Of a stretch of 64,000 nt of DNA, positions 12,107 through 23,694 are shown piece after piece. A program made the position numbers and the translations under genes. Within the stretch, counting starts at the first letter, position 1; every line of letters begins with the position of its first letter. The DNA comes from Squalus acanthias (taxonomy: Eukaryota), in contig JASTWF010000034.1 in the NCBI GenBank assembly GCA_030390025.1, positions 744,001-808,000 on the forward strand, read 5' to 3'. Under the pieces are notes generated by a model that saw only the letters and a list, made by a program, of their open reading frames with translations, was not told where the DNA came from and did not search any database.

Positions 12107-12899
12107 TTTCAAATAAAACTGTTGGACTATAACCTGGTGTTGTGCGACCTCTCAATTTTGTCCACCCCAGTCCAACACCGGCATCTCCGCATAATGTTTG
12201 ATGGGACAGTGCAGAGAGCTTTAATCTTTATATAACCCGTGCTGTTATTGCCCGGGGAATGTTTGATGGGACAGTGCAGAGAGCTTTAATCTTTATATAA
12301 CCCGTGCTGTTATTGTCCTGGGAATGTTTGATGGGACAGTGCAGAGAGCTTTAATCTTTATATAACCCGTGCTGTTATTGTCCGGGAAATGTTTGATGGG
12401 ACAGTGCAGAGAGCTTTAATCTTTATATAACCCGTGCTGTGATTGCCCGGGGAATGTTTGATTGGACAGTGCAGACGGAGCTTTACTTTGCATCCCGGGT
12501 ATTTGGGTATTGGGCCCTTCCGCCCGCTCCAGCTCACTGTGCGGCCTGTGAATTTAAGTGCGCAGGATCTTACAGATCGCCGCGCGGCCAAGAACCTTCC
12601 ACGGAACATTGCTCAGCAGGTCAGGCAGCATCTGTGGAGAGAGAAACAGAGTCAATGTTTCAGCTCGATGAACTTTCATCAGAACTCGAAATATTACAGA
12701 TGTAACAGATTTTAAGCATGTATAGAGGCTGGGAAAGGGGGAATGGGAGGAAAGAACAAAAGGGAAGGTCTGTGCTGTACCTGCCCTGGGTGTATTTGGT
12801 GGGATTGGGTAGCGGGAGCTTTACTCGTGCTGTACTTGCCTTGGGAGAATTTGATGGCACAGTGTAGAGGGAGATTTATCCAATACCTAACAGGTGCTG

Positions 12900-14660
12900 C
12901 ACCTGCCGTGGAAATGTTTCATGAGGCAGTATAGAAGTAGATTTAACCTGTATCTAACCCATGCTCTACCTGCTCTTGGAATATTTGATGAGGCAGTATA
13001 GAAGTAGCTTTAACCTGTATCTAACCCATGCTGTACCTGCTCTTGGAGTATTTGATGGGGCAGTGTAGAAGGAACTTTAATCTATTACATTACATAGTAC
13101 TTACAGCACAGAAACAGGCCATTCGGCCCAACAGGTCCATGCCGGTGGTTCTGCTCCACACGAACCTCCTCCCACCCGACTTCATCGCACATCCTTCTAT
13201 TCCTTTCTCCCTCATGTACTTATCCAGCTTCCCCTAAAATGCATTGATGTTATTCGCCTCAACTACTCCATGTGGTCGCGAGTTCCACATTCTCACCACT
13301 CGCTGGGTAAAGATGTTTCTCCTGAATTCTTTGTTGGATTTATTAGTGACTATCTTATATTGATGGCCATTAAATCATCAAAGCCCCGTACCTGCCCTGG
13401 GAGTGTTTGTTGGGAGCGTGTAGAGGGAGCTTTACTCTGTATCTAACCCGTGATCTACCTGCCCTGGGAGTGTTTGATGGGACAGTGTAGAGGGAGCTTT
13501 ACTCTGTATCTAACCCGTGCTGTACCTGCCCTGGGAGTGTTTGATGGGACAGTGTAGAGGGAGCTTTACTCTGTATCTAACCCGTGCTGTACCTGCCCCG
13601 GGAGTGTTTGATGGGACAGTGTAGAAGGAGCTTTACTCTGTATCTAACCCGTGCTGTACCTGCCCTGGGAGTGTTTGATAGGACAGTGTAGAGGGAGCTT
13701 TACTCTGTATCTAACCCGTGCTGTACCTGCCCGGGAGTGTTTGATGGGACAGTGTAGAGGGAGCTTTACTCTGTATCTAACCCGTGCTGTACCTGCCCCG
13801 GGAGTGTTTGATGGGACAGTGTAGAGGGAGCTTTACTCTGTATCTAACCCGTGCTGTACCTGCCGCGGGAGTGTTTGATGGACAGTGTAGAGGGAGCTTT
13901 ACTCTGTATCTAACCCGTGCTGTACCTGCCCCGGGAGTGTTTGATGGGACAGTGTAGAGGGAGCTTTACTCTGTATCTAACCCGTGCTGTACCTGCCCTG
14001 GGAGTGTTTGATGGGACAGTGTAGAGGGAGCTTTACTCTGTATCTAACCCGTGCTGTACCTGCCCTGGGAGTGTTTGATGGGACAGTGTAGAGGGAGCTT
14101 TACTCTGTATCTAACCCGTGCTGTACCTGCCCCGGGAGTGTTTGATGGGACAGTGTAGAGGGAGCTTTACTCTGTATCTAACCCGTGCTGTACCTGCCCT
14201 GGGAGTGTTTGATGGGACAGTGTAGAGGGAGCTTTACTCTGTATCTAACCCGTGCTGTACCTGCCCTGGGAGTTTTTGATGGGACAGTGTAGCAGGAGCT
14301 TTACTCTGTATCTAACCCGTGCTGTACCTGCCCTGGGAGTGTTTGATGGGACAGTGTAGAGGGAGCTTTACTCTGTATCTAACCCGTGCTGTACCTGCCC
14401 TGGTAGTGTTTGATGGGACAGTGTAGAGGGAGCTTTACTCTGTATCTAACCCGTGCTGTACCTGCCCTGGGAGTGTTTGATGGGACAGTGTAGAGGGAGC
14501 TTTACTCTGTATCTAACCCGTGCTGTACCTGCCCTGGGAGTATTTAATGGGACAGTGTAGAGGGAGCTTTACTTTGTATCCAACCCCAGTTATAGCTGTC
14601 CTGGGAGTGTTTGATGGCGCCAGAATAAGACAGCTGTACTCTGTTTCTAACCAGTATTGT
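12900..14660. repeat. 67-bp satellite, homogeneous core ~13385-14620
   Basis: Unit CTGTATCTAACCCGTGCTGTACCTGCCCTGGGAGTGTTTGATGGGACAGTGTAGAGGGAGCTTTACT; period 67 (13501, 13568). Further blocks at 23695-24030, 28110-28400 and, reversed, 31080-31400. Confidence 0.95.
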
Positions 14661-14929
14661 ACCTGCCTGTGAGTGTATCCCACACCAGCAGTGGCTTTTA
14701 ACACCCCCCCGGCTGTCACCCGCCCTGCCGTTTATCCCCCCCATCTGTATCTCTAACTCCCCGATCCCGTTGATCTGCCCGTTTTTATCCCCCCTGTTAA
14801 TTCATCCCCTCCGCTGTGTCTAATCACCCAGTTTATCTCCATCACCCCTGTAAAATATCCCCCATATACGACGCACTGTGTAATGCCCGTGATACTCTCT
14901 TCCACACCCCTGTATAATAACTGTGTATA

Positions 14930-16537
14930 ATAAACCCGTGACACCCCCTATAAATTATACCGTGGCACCCCCTATAAACTATACACGTGACACCCCCCTG
15001 TATACTATACCCGTGACATCCCCCCGTGTACTATACCCCAGTGACACTCCCCCGTATAATATACCCCTCTGACACCACCTCTATACTATACCTGTGACAC
15101 TCCCCCGTATACTATACCCCACTGACACAAACTCTATACTATACCTGTGACACACCAGTATACTATACCCGTGACAATCCCCTGTATACTTTACCTGTGA
15201 CACCCCCTGTACTCTATACCCGTGACACCCCCTGTATACTATACCCGTGACACCCCCTGTATACTATACTTGTGACACCCCCTGTATACTATAACCTTGA
15301 CACCCCTCTAAATACTATACCGTGACAACCCACGTATACTATAGCCCTGTGACACCACCCACGTATATTATACCCGTGACACTCCCCTGTATACTATACC
15401 CGTGACACCCCACTGTATACTACACCCGTGACACGCCACTGCATACTATAACCATGTGACACCGCCCTGTATACTACACCTGTGACAGACCCCTGTATAC
15501 TATAACCGTGACACCCCCCTGTGACACGCCTCTGCATCCTATAACCCAGTGACACCCCTGTATACTACACCCGTGACACCCCTGTATACTACACAAGTGA
15601 CTCCCACCTGTACACTATAACCCTGTGACACTCCCCCTTAATACTATACCTGTGACACCCCTGTACACTATTCCGTTGTAACATCCCCCCCTGTATACTA
15701 TACCCCTGTGACACACCCCTGTAAACTATACCCGTGACACTCCCCTGTATACTATACCAGTGACACCCCCTGTATACTATACCCCTGTGACACCACCCCT
15801 GTATACTATACCAGTGACACCTCCTGTATACTATACCCCTGTGACATCACCCCTGTATACTATACACGTGACACTCCCCTGTACACCATAGCAGTGACAC
15901 GCCCTGTATACAATAACCCTGTGACATACCCCTGTATACTTTACCCGTGACATCCCCTGTATACAATACCCCTGTGGCACATCTCTGTATAATATACCCG
16001 TTACACAACCCCTGTATACTAGAGATCTGTGACACCACCCACCTATACTATACCCGTGACACCCCCTGTACACTATACCCGTGGCATGCCACTGTATACT
16101 ATACCCGTGAAATGCCACTGTACACTATACCCGTGACACGCAACTGTACACTACACCCATGACACGCCACTGTACGTTATAACCCTGTGACACCCCCCTG
16201 TGTACTACACCCCCCTGCACATTATAACCCTGTGACACTCCCCCTGTATACTATACCCTTGACACCACCTGTATACTATACCTCTGTGACACCCACCCCT
16301 GTTTTATTTAATTTTAAATACAACTGTTGTACTATAACCTGGTGTTGTGCGACTTCACATTTGTGTACACCCACCCCTGTATACCATACCCCAGTGAGAG
16401 TCCCCCTGTATACTTTACCCCTGTGACACACCTGTATACTAGACCCCTGCGACACCCCCTGTATCCTATACCAATGTGACAATCCCCTGTATTGTATACA
16501 CACGTGATACCCACTGTATACTATACCCCTGTGACAC
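14930..16537. repeat. ~25-bp minisatellite (CCCTGTATACTATACCCGTGACACC)
   Basis: Period ~25 (15221, 15246), with length variants. Confidence 0.93.
16311..16366 (+). mobile_element. Tiny PLE 3'-end remnant inside the 25-bp satellite
   Basis: aaatacaactgttgtactataacctggtgttgtgcgacttc matches the pLTR end at 12111-12152. Confidence 0.75.
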
Positions 16538-16987
16538 GCTAGAGTTCAAAAGCAGCGGGAGCAGTGCGAGAGCGCCAAAACCCGGGCGAGTTCAAAAGCA
16601 GCGGGAACAGAGCGAGAGCGCCAAAACTTGGGAGTGTTCAAAAGCAGCGGGAACAGAGCGAGAGCTCAAAAACCCGGGAGAGTTCAAAAGCAGCGGGAGC
16701 AGAGCGAGAGCGCCAAAACCCGGGAGAGTTCAAAAGCAGCGGGAGCAGAGCGAGAGCGCCAAAACCCGGGAGAGTTCAAAACCCGGGAGACGCTGAGATA
16801 CAACAGACCGGTGAGTGTAAACAAGTAAAAAGTAATCGAAGTGTGACGTCACCAGAAAGTAGGTAACTGATTGGTTGGTGTGTATTTCTCGCTTTTTCCC
16901 CCAAACTTGAGAGTCTAAATCTAAGTGCCTTGGTGTAGATTAAAAGATATAAGCGTTCCAAATTTTAAAACTAATTAATTAATTGAG

Positions 16988-17944
16988 TTGGGAGATCAGG
17001 TAATGTGTTGTTGTTGTTGCATGTGGGAGCTCGTGGACACCATTGAGGTCCAGGGCGACCACATCTGCAGCAAATGTTGGCTGCTCGAGGAACTTCGGCT
17101 CAGAGTTGATGAGCTGGAGTCCGAGCTTCAGACACTGCGACACATCAGGGAGGGGGAGCATTACCTGGACACTGAGTTCCAGGAGGCAGTCACACCCACT
17201 AGAATAATTACTTCCAATTCGACCCATGGTCAGGGACAGGAGGGTGTGACTACAAGCGAGGCAGGTATTGGGTCCAGGAGGAAGTGGTAGAGGAGCCTCA
17301 GCCCTTGGCCTTTTCCAACAAGTACGAGATTCTTGCTCCCTGTGTGAACGAGGCCAGGGACGGCAGGGAGGATGAGCAAACTGACCACAGCACCGTGGTA
17401 CAGGGAGCCATTCAAGTGGGGGGAGCAAAAAGAAATATTGTAGTGATTGGTGACAGTATAGTGAGGGGGATAGATACTGTTCTCTGCAGCCGAGAGCGTG
17501 AGTCCCGAAGGCTGTGTTGCCTGCCCGGTGACAGATTTTAAGGACATCTCCTCTGGGCTGGAGAGAAACATGGAGTGTGAGGGGGAAGATCCAGTTGTCA
17601 TGGTCCACGCAGGTACCAATGATATAGGTAGGAAAATGATAGAGCTTCTGCTGAGAGAGTATGAGCTGCTAGCGTCTAAATTATAAAGTAGAACCACAAA
17701 GGTAATAATCTCTGGATTACTACCTGAGCAACGAGCTAATTTGCACAGGGTAAATAAGATCAGAGAAATGAACGACTGGCTCAAAGACTGGTGTGGGAGA
17801 AATGGGTTTCCATTTGTGGGGCACTGGCATCAGTACTGGGATAAGAGGGAGCTCTTCCGTTTGGACGGGCTACACTTGAAACATGCTGGGGCTAGAGTCC
17901 TGGCAAATCGAATAACTAGGGCTGTAGAGAGGGCTTTAAACTAA
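16988..17944 (+). pseudogene. CR1 ORF1 (Cys-rich zinc finger, coiled coil, SGNH esterase-like domain), frameshifted
   Basis: CCCCMWE..HICSKC, leucine heptads LRLRVDELESEL, esterase blocks IGDSIVRG / HAGTND / DGLHL spread over four short ORFs. Confidence 0.88.
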
Positions 17945-18119
17945 ATAGTCGGGGGGAGGATCCAGGTGAGCGGGAAAATAAAAAGTCAATGAGAAATGAG
18001 AAAGCAATAGAGCTGGCTAGAGATGGGGGAAATGATAACCAGAGTGAGCCAGGAAGGGACAGAATGTTTAAAAATAAGAGTGCAACAGAAAAAAGGCCAA
18101 AACAAGGAAAAATGATGAA

Positions 18120-20891
18120 AAGACAAAGTTAAAAGCTCTATATCTGAATGCACGCAGCATTCGTAACAAGTTAAATGAGTTGACGGCAAAAATAGATACA
18201 AATGGGTATGATCTGATCGCCATTACAGAGACTTGGTCGGAAGACGACCCGGGCTGGGAACTGAATATTCCAGGGTATATGATAATTCGGAAGGATAGAA
18301 AGAAAGGAAAGGGAGGTGGGGTGGCTTTGTTGGTAAACGATGGGATTAGTGTAGTGGTGAGACGTGATATTGGCTCAGAAGATCAAGATGTAGAATCGGT
18401 TTGGGTGGAGAAACAATAATAAGGGGAAAAAGTCTCTGGTGGGCGTAGTGTACAGGCCCCCGAACAGTAACAATGCTGTTGGACAGAGTATAAATCTACA
18501 AATAATGGAGGCCTATTAAAAAGGTACGGTAATAATCATGGGTGATTTTAATCTCCATATTGATTGGACAAATCAAATTGACCATGGTAGCCTGGAGGAG
18601 GAGTTTATAGAGTGCATCCCGGATATTTTCCTAGAACAGTATGTAATGGAACCAACCAGGGACCAGGCTATCTTGGATCTGGTACTAGGTAATGAGACAG
18701 AATTAATAAATTATCTCATAGTAAAGGATCCTCTAGGAAAGAGTGATCATAGCATAGTTGAATTTCAATTTCAGTTGGAGGGTGAGAAATTTGTATCCGA
18801 AACCAGTGTCCTGATCTTAAACAAAGGCAATTATAATGGCATGAGGGAAGAACTGGCTAAAGTGGACTGGAAAAATAAATTAAAGGGTAAGAAGGTTGAA
18901 ATGCAGAGGCGGACATTTAAGGAGATATTTCATAACTCTCAACAAAAATATATTCCAGTGAGAAAGAAAGATTTTAAGAGAAGGGAGCACCATCCGTGGC
19001 TAACTAAGGAAGTAAAGGATGGTATCAAATTGAAAACGAAGGCATACAATGTTGCCAGGATTGGTGGGAGACCAGAGGATTCGTAAATATTTGAAAACCA
19101 GCAAGGGATGACTAAAAAAATAAAGAGAGAGAAGATGAATTATGAGAGTAAGCTGGCAAGAAACATTAAAACAGATAGTAAGAGCTTCTACAGGAATATA
19201 AAAAGGAAGAGGGTAGATAAAGTAAACGTTGGTCCCTTAGAGGATGAGACTGGGGAATTTATAATGAGGAACGTGGAAATGGCAGAGACACTGAACAAAT
19301 ATTTTGTATCTGTTTACACTGTAGAAGACACTAACAACATCCCAATAATGGATAATCAAGGGGCCACAGGGAGTGGGGAACTAAAGACAATCACTATGGA
19401 AATGGTACTCGGTAAAATAATGGGACTAAAAGACGACAAGTCCCCGGGACCAGATGGCCTGCATCCCAGGGTCTTAAAAGAAGTGGCTGCAGAGATAGTG
19501 GATGCATTGGTTGCAATATACCAAAATTCCCTGGACTCTGGAAAGGTCCCAGCGGATTGGAAAACCGCTAATGTAACACCCCTATTTAAGAAAGGAGGGA
19601 GACAGAAAGCAGGATACTATAGATCAGTTAGCCTAACATCTGTCGTTGGGAAAATGCTGGAGTCCTTCATTAAGGAAGCAGTAGCAGGGCATTTAGAAAA
19701 ACATACTGCAGTCAAACAGTGTCAGCATGGTTTTAGGAAAGGGAAATCATGTTTAACAAATAGGCTGGAGTTCTTTGAGCATGTAACAAGCAGGGTGGAC
19801 AAGGGTGAGCCAGTGGATGTGGTGAATTTGTATTTCCAGAAGGCATTCGATAAGGTGCCACATAAATGGTTAATGCACAAGATAAGAGCTCACGGAGTTG
19901 GGGGTAATATATCAGCATGGATAGAGAATTGCCTAACTAACAGAAAGCAGAGAGTCGGGATAAATGGGTAATTTTCCGGTTGGCAAGCGGTAACTAGTGG
20001 GGTGCCACAAGGATCGGTGCTGGGGTCCCAACTATTTACAATCTACATTAATGTCTTGAATGAAGGGATCGAGTGTAATGTAGCCAAGTTTGCGGATGAT
20101 ACAAAGATGGGTGGGAAAGCAAGTTGTGCAGAGGACTCAAAGAATCTGCAAAGGGATATAGACAGGCTAGGTGAGTGGGCAAACATTTGGCAGATGGAGT
20201 ATAATGTGGGGAAGTGCGAGATTATCCACTTCGGCAGGACAAATAAAAAAGCAAACTATTATTTAAATAGCGAGAGATTACAAAATTCTAGAGTTCAGAG
20301 GGACCTGGGGTCCTTGTGCATGAAACACAAAAAGTTAGCATGCAGGTACAGCAAGTAATCAAAAAGGCAATTGTAATGTTGGCCTTTATTTCAAGGGGGT
20401 TGGAGTATAAAAGCAGCGAAGTCCTGCAACAACTGTACAAGGTATTGGTGAGACCATACCTTGAGTACTGCGTACAGTTTTGGTCTCCTTATTTAAGGAA
20501 GGATATACTTGCATTGGAAGCAGTTCAGAGACGATTCAGTTGGTTAATTACAGAGATGACGGGTTTGACTTATGAGGAAAGGATTAACAGGCTGGGCCTA
20601 TACTCATTGGAATTTAGAAGAATGAGAGGTGGTCTTATCGATACATACAAGATACTGAGGGGGCTCGACAGGTTAGATGCAGAGAGGAAGTTTCCTCTCA
20701 TGGGGAAACCTGGAACTCGGGGGCACAGGCTCAGAATAAAGGGTCGCCCTTTTAAAACTGAGATGAGGAGGAATTTCTTCTCTCAGAGGGTCGTAAATTT
20801 GTGGAATTCTCTGCCCCAGAGAGCAGTGGAGGCTGGGTCACTAAATACATTTAAAGTGGAGAAGACACATTTTTGCAAGATAAGGGAGTGA
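18120..20891 (+). pseudogene. CR1 ORF2 (APE endonuclease + reverse transcriptase), broken by stops and frameshifts
   Basis: IAITETW, MGDFN, LDLVL, SDH, KSPGPDGLHPRVLKE, PQGSVLG, FADDTK and [10 protein letters not shown] in successive ORF pieces. Confidence 0.92.
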
Positions 20892-22282
20892 AGGGTTATG
20901 GGGAGCGGGCTGGGAAGTGGCTTTGAGCCCTAGATCAGCCATGATATTATTGAATGGCGGACCAGTCTCGAGGGGCCAGGTGGCCTATACCTGCTCCTAT
21001 TTCTTATGTTTTTCTTAGGGTAATCAGAGCTCAGATCAATCAAGGCTTTAAACTTTTCTAACAAAATGGTTTTATTAAAGTTAAAATACAACAAGTTTTG
21101 CAACAGTGTTCGAACGTTCCCAGGCAAAACTCTGAAATTTCGACTCCAACTCCTTTACCATTCGGATATCGCAGCTGCTTAAGTGCAGCGGTCAGGTGAA
21201 ATTCAGAATTCGTGGACCCTGCACTGAGTGTTTAATCTTGGAAATAACCATTTCCCTGGTTTCGTGATATTCAATTTGCTGCAAATTCATTAAATTGAAA
21301 AGAGTCGCAGCGATCATTACAATAAACTAAACCCTCCGGTATTGAACAGGAGTATAACATGTTGAGAACAGTATCCAATATTCTGCAGGATAACGCAAAT
21401 AAACAGCAGGAATATTGTGTTCTGCTCCCACATGACACAGATCATCCTCAGGCTCTGCTCCCTGCCGCCGGCTGCTGAAACCTTGTCTCCAGATTATAAA
21501 CTGATTCTAAGTTAGAGCTAAAGATTCAGGGTAGAGCCTAAACACAGCGGGTGGGATCAAATATATAAAGCAGTTATTTTAGACCAGAGACAGCGTTAAA
21601 TCACATATATTGCTCAAATGCATCAATGTATGAATATGACACTAAATGTGTTTAAATACAGTGGGGGGATTTGACACAGATTCGGGGCCAGTGATTTCCA
21701 AGGTGATCTTAGCTGTGGCTCTTTTGCCTCTTTCTGCCCTTCCTCCCACACGCTGCCGGTTTTAAACATTGTATTAAATCTCCTGCTCAGGTCCATTCAG
21801 CCCATTTTAATTCATCCCTCCAGAACAACCATAGTCTTCACCCCATTGCTGAACCCAGTTATTTCCTAAATCATTCCCGGGCTTTCACCATCATCGCCCG
21901 GCCTGGAGTCCATTCGAAGTGTTGATCATTCTCCTGGTATCAGTCCAAAAGTTCACTTTTAAATTTGAGCTTCTTCCAACTTGTTCCTTTGCCCACAATG
22001 TAATTTGAATTAGTATTCCACACAAGTTACTAACTTGTTTATCTGTGTAATATCATGTCACAGATGCCTCCATTCTAAGCTGATATGTCCAAGGTGTCGA
22101 TTTTAACTCCAGCAAGTAAAACCGTCCTTGTTCTACAGGATCGGAGTGTCTGGTGCTGCTGCTCCCTCCTCTGGCCGTTGTGCAGTATTGCACCACCTGC
22201 TCCCTCTGCTGGCTGCTGCGCAGTGCTGCTGTGTATTGGTGACCCTGATGCAATTTCGAACTCCTCTGCTTCTAGCTCTGTC

Positions 22283-23410
22283 ATAAGAACGTAAGAACAT
22301 ATGAAATAGGAGCATGAGTAGGCCATTTTCCCCTTAGAGCTTGCTCCGCCATTCAATAAGATCATGGCTGATCTTCTACCTCATCTCCACTTCCCTGCAC
22401 TATCCCCATAACCCTTGAGACCCTTATTATTCAAAAATCTATCGATCTCTGTCTTGAATATAGTCAACGACTGAGCCTCCACAGCCCTCTGTGGTAGCGA
22501 ATTCCAAAGATTCGCCATCGTCTGAGTGAAGAAATGTCTCCTCTTCTCAGCCCTAATTGGCTGACCACTTATTCTGAGACTGTGACCCCTGGTTCTAGAC
22601 TCCCCAGCCAGGGAAAACATTCTCCCTGCATCTACCCTGTCAAGCCCTGTAAGACTTTTGTTTGTTTCAATGAGATCACCTCTCATTCTTCTAAACTCTA
22701 GAAAAAATAGGCCTAGTCTACACAATTCTCCACAAAGGACAATCCCCCCATCCCAGTAACAAGTCTGCTGAACCTTCGTTGCACTCCCTGTATGACAAGT
22801 ATATCCTTCTTTAGGTAAGGAGACCAAAACTGCACACAATACTCCAGGTGTGGTCTCACCAGGCCCTATATAATTGCAGTAAGACGTCTTTACTCTTATA
22901 CTCAAATCCTCTTGTAATAACGGCCAACATACAATTTGTTTTCCTAAGTGCTTGCTGTACCTGCAGGTTAACTTTCAGTGATCCGTGTACAAGAACACCC
23001 AAATCCCTCTGAAGAACAACATTTTCCAATCTCTCACCAGTTAAAAAAAAGTCTGCTTTTCTATTTTCCTACGAAAGTGGATAACTTCATAATTCTCCAC
23101 GTTATAATCAATTTGCCCTGTTCTTGCCCACTCACATCGCCTTTCTATATCCCCTTGAAGCCTCCTTGCAACCTCTCCCAACTTACATTCCCATCCAGCA
23201 TTTATCATCAGCAAACTTGGATACATTACATTTGGTTCCCTCATCCAAATCATTGAAATAAATTGTGAATAGCTGAGGCCCAAGCACTGATCCTTGCGGT
23301 ACCCCACTAGTTACAGCATGCAAACCCGAAAATGACTCTTTTATTCCGACTCTCTGTTTTCTGTCCGATAGCCAATCCTCAATCCATGCTAATATATTAC
23401 CCCCAGCCCC
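22283..23410 (-). mobile_element. 5'-truncated CR1 fragment
   Basis: Minus ORFs with [17 protein letters not shown] and LEFRRMRGDLIET; 3' tail near 22283-22330. Confidence 0.9.
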
Positions 23411-23694
23411 ATGAGCCCTAAACCTCTCCACCCTTCCGAACTCCGCGCCCCTTCCTATATTCCTTGTAGCCCTTTCAATAAACCTCTCGACCATTATCCA
23501 CATCTGACCGACACTCAACTGCATAAAACCTGTGCTCTTCGTAGTGCAGTCTGTGCTTGCAAGTTCAAATACTTCCGATATTGGGATCTAAACATTTCAG
23601 GTGTCTGTCATCTCCTCTTTAAGGTTTTTGTTCTTTTACAATGCATCATTACACCATTTGTAGAGTTTTATGATACCTTTTGACAAAAATATGC

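Larger units (their letters stand above)
10924..12192. mobile_element. Palindromic, 5'-truncated Penelope-like element (inverted pLTR structure)
   Basis: Arms 10924-11484 and 11604-12164 are near-perfect reverse complements around a 119-bp spacer. It encodes the GIY-YIG C-terminus (RQRMNEHR...GLNRDLGF) closely matching the 42796-45120 element. A 28-bp tail follows only the right arm. Flanking duplication AATGTTTGATGG at 10915-10926 and 12193-12204. Confidence 0.93.
10571..12490. repeat. 65-bp variant of the 67-bp satellite, split by the palindromic PLE
   Basis: Unit GGGACAGTGCAGAGAGCTTTAATCTTTATATAACCCGTGCTGTTATTGCCCGGGGAATGTTTGAT; period 65 (10601, 10666). Confidence 0.92.
16541..21012 (+). 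mobile_element. Apparently full-length, disabled CR1-clade LINE
   Basis: 5' region of 46-bp tandem repeats (16542-16790), then ORF1, ORF2 (APE + RT) and a 3' tail ending cctatttcttatgttt. Confidence 0.93.

Noticed and set aside
13385..14620. Regular repeats as a possible CRISPR array
   Set aside because: Head-to-tail satellite with no unique spacers, no cas genes, eukaryotic context.
21320..21570. Possible minus-strand leader exon (hydrophobic stretch TIFLLFICVIL, TATA-like motif upstream)
   Set aside because: No in-frame ATG for the hydrophobic frame, weak donor, and no partner exons found.
22053..22365. Short ORFs in unique-looking DNA next to a CR1 tail
   Set aside because: No recognisable homology; part of the ORF is CR1 tail.
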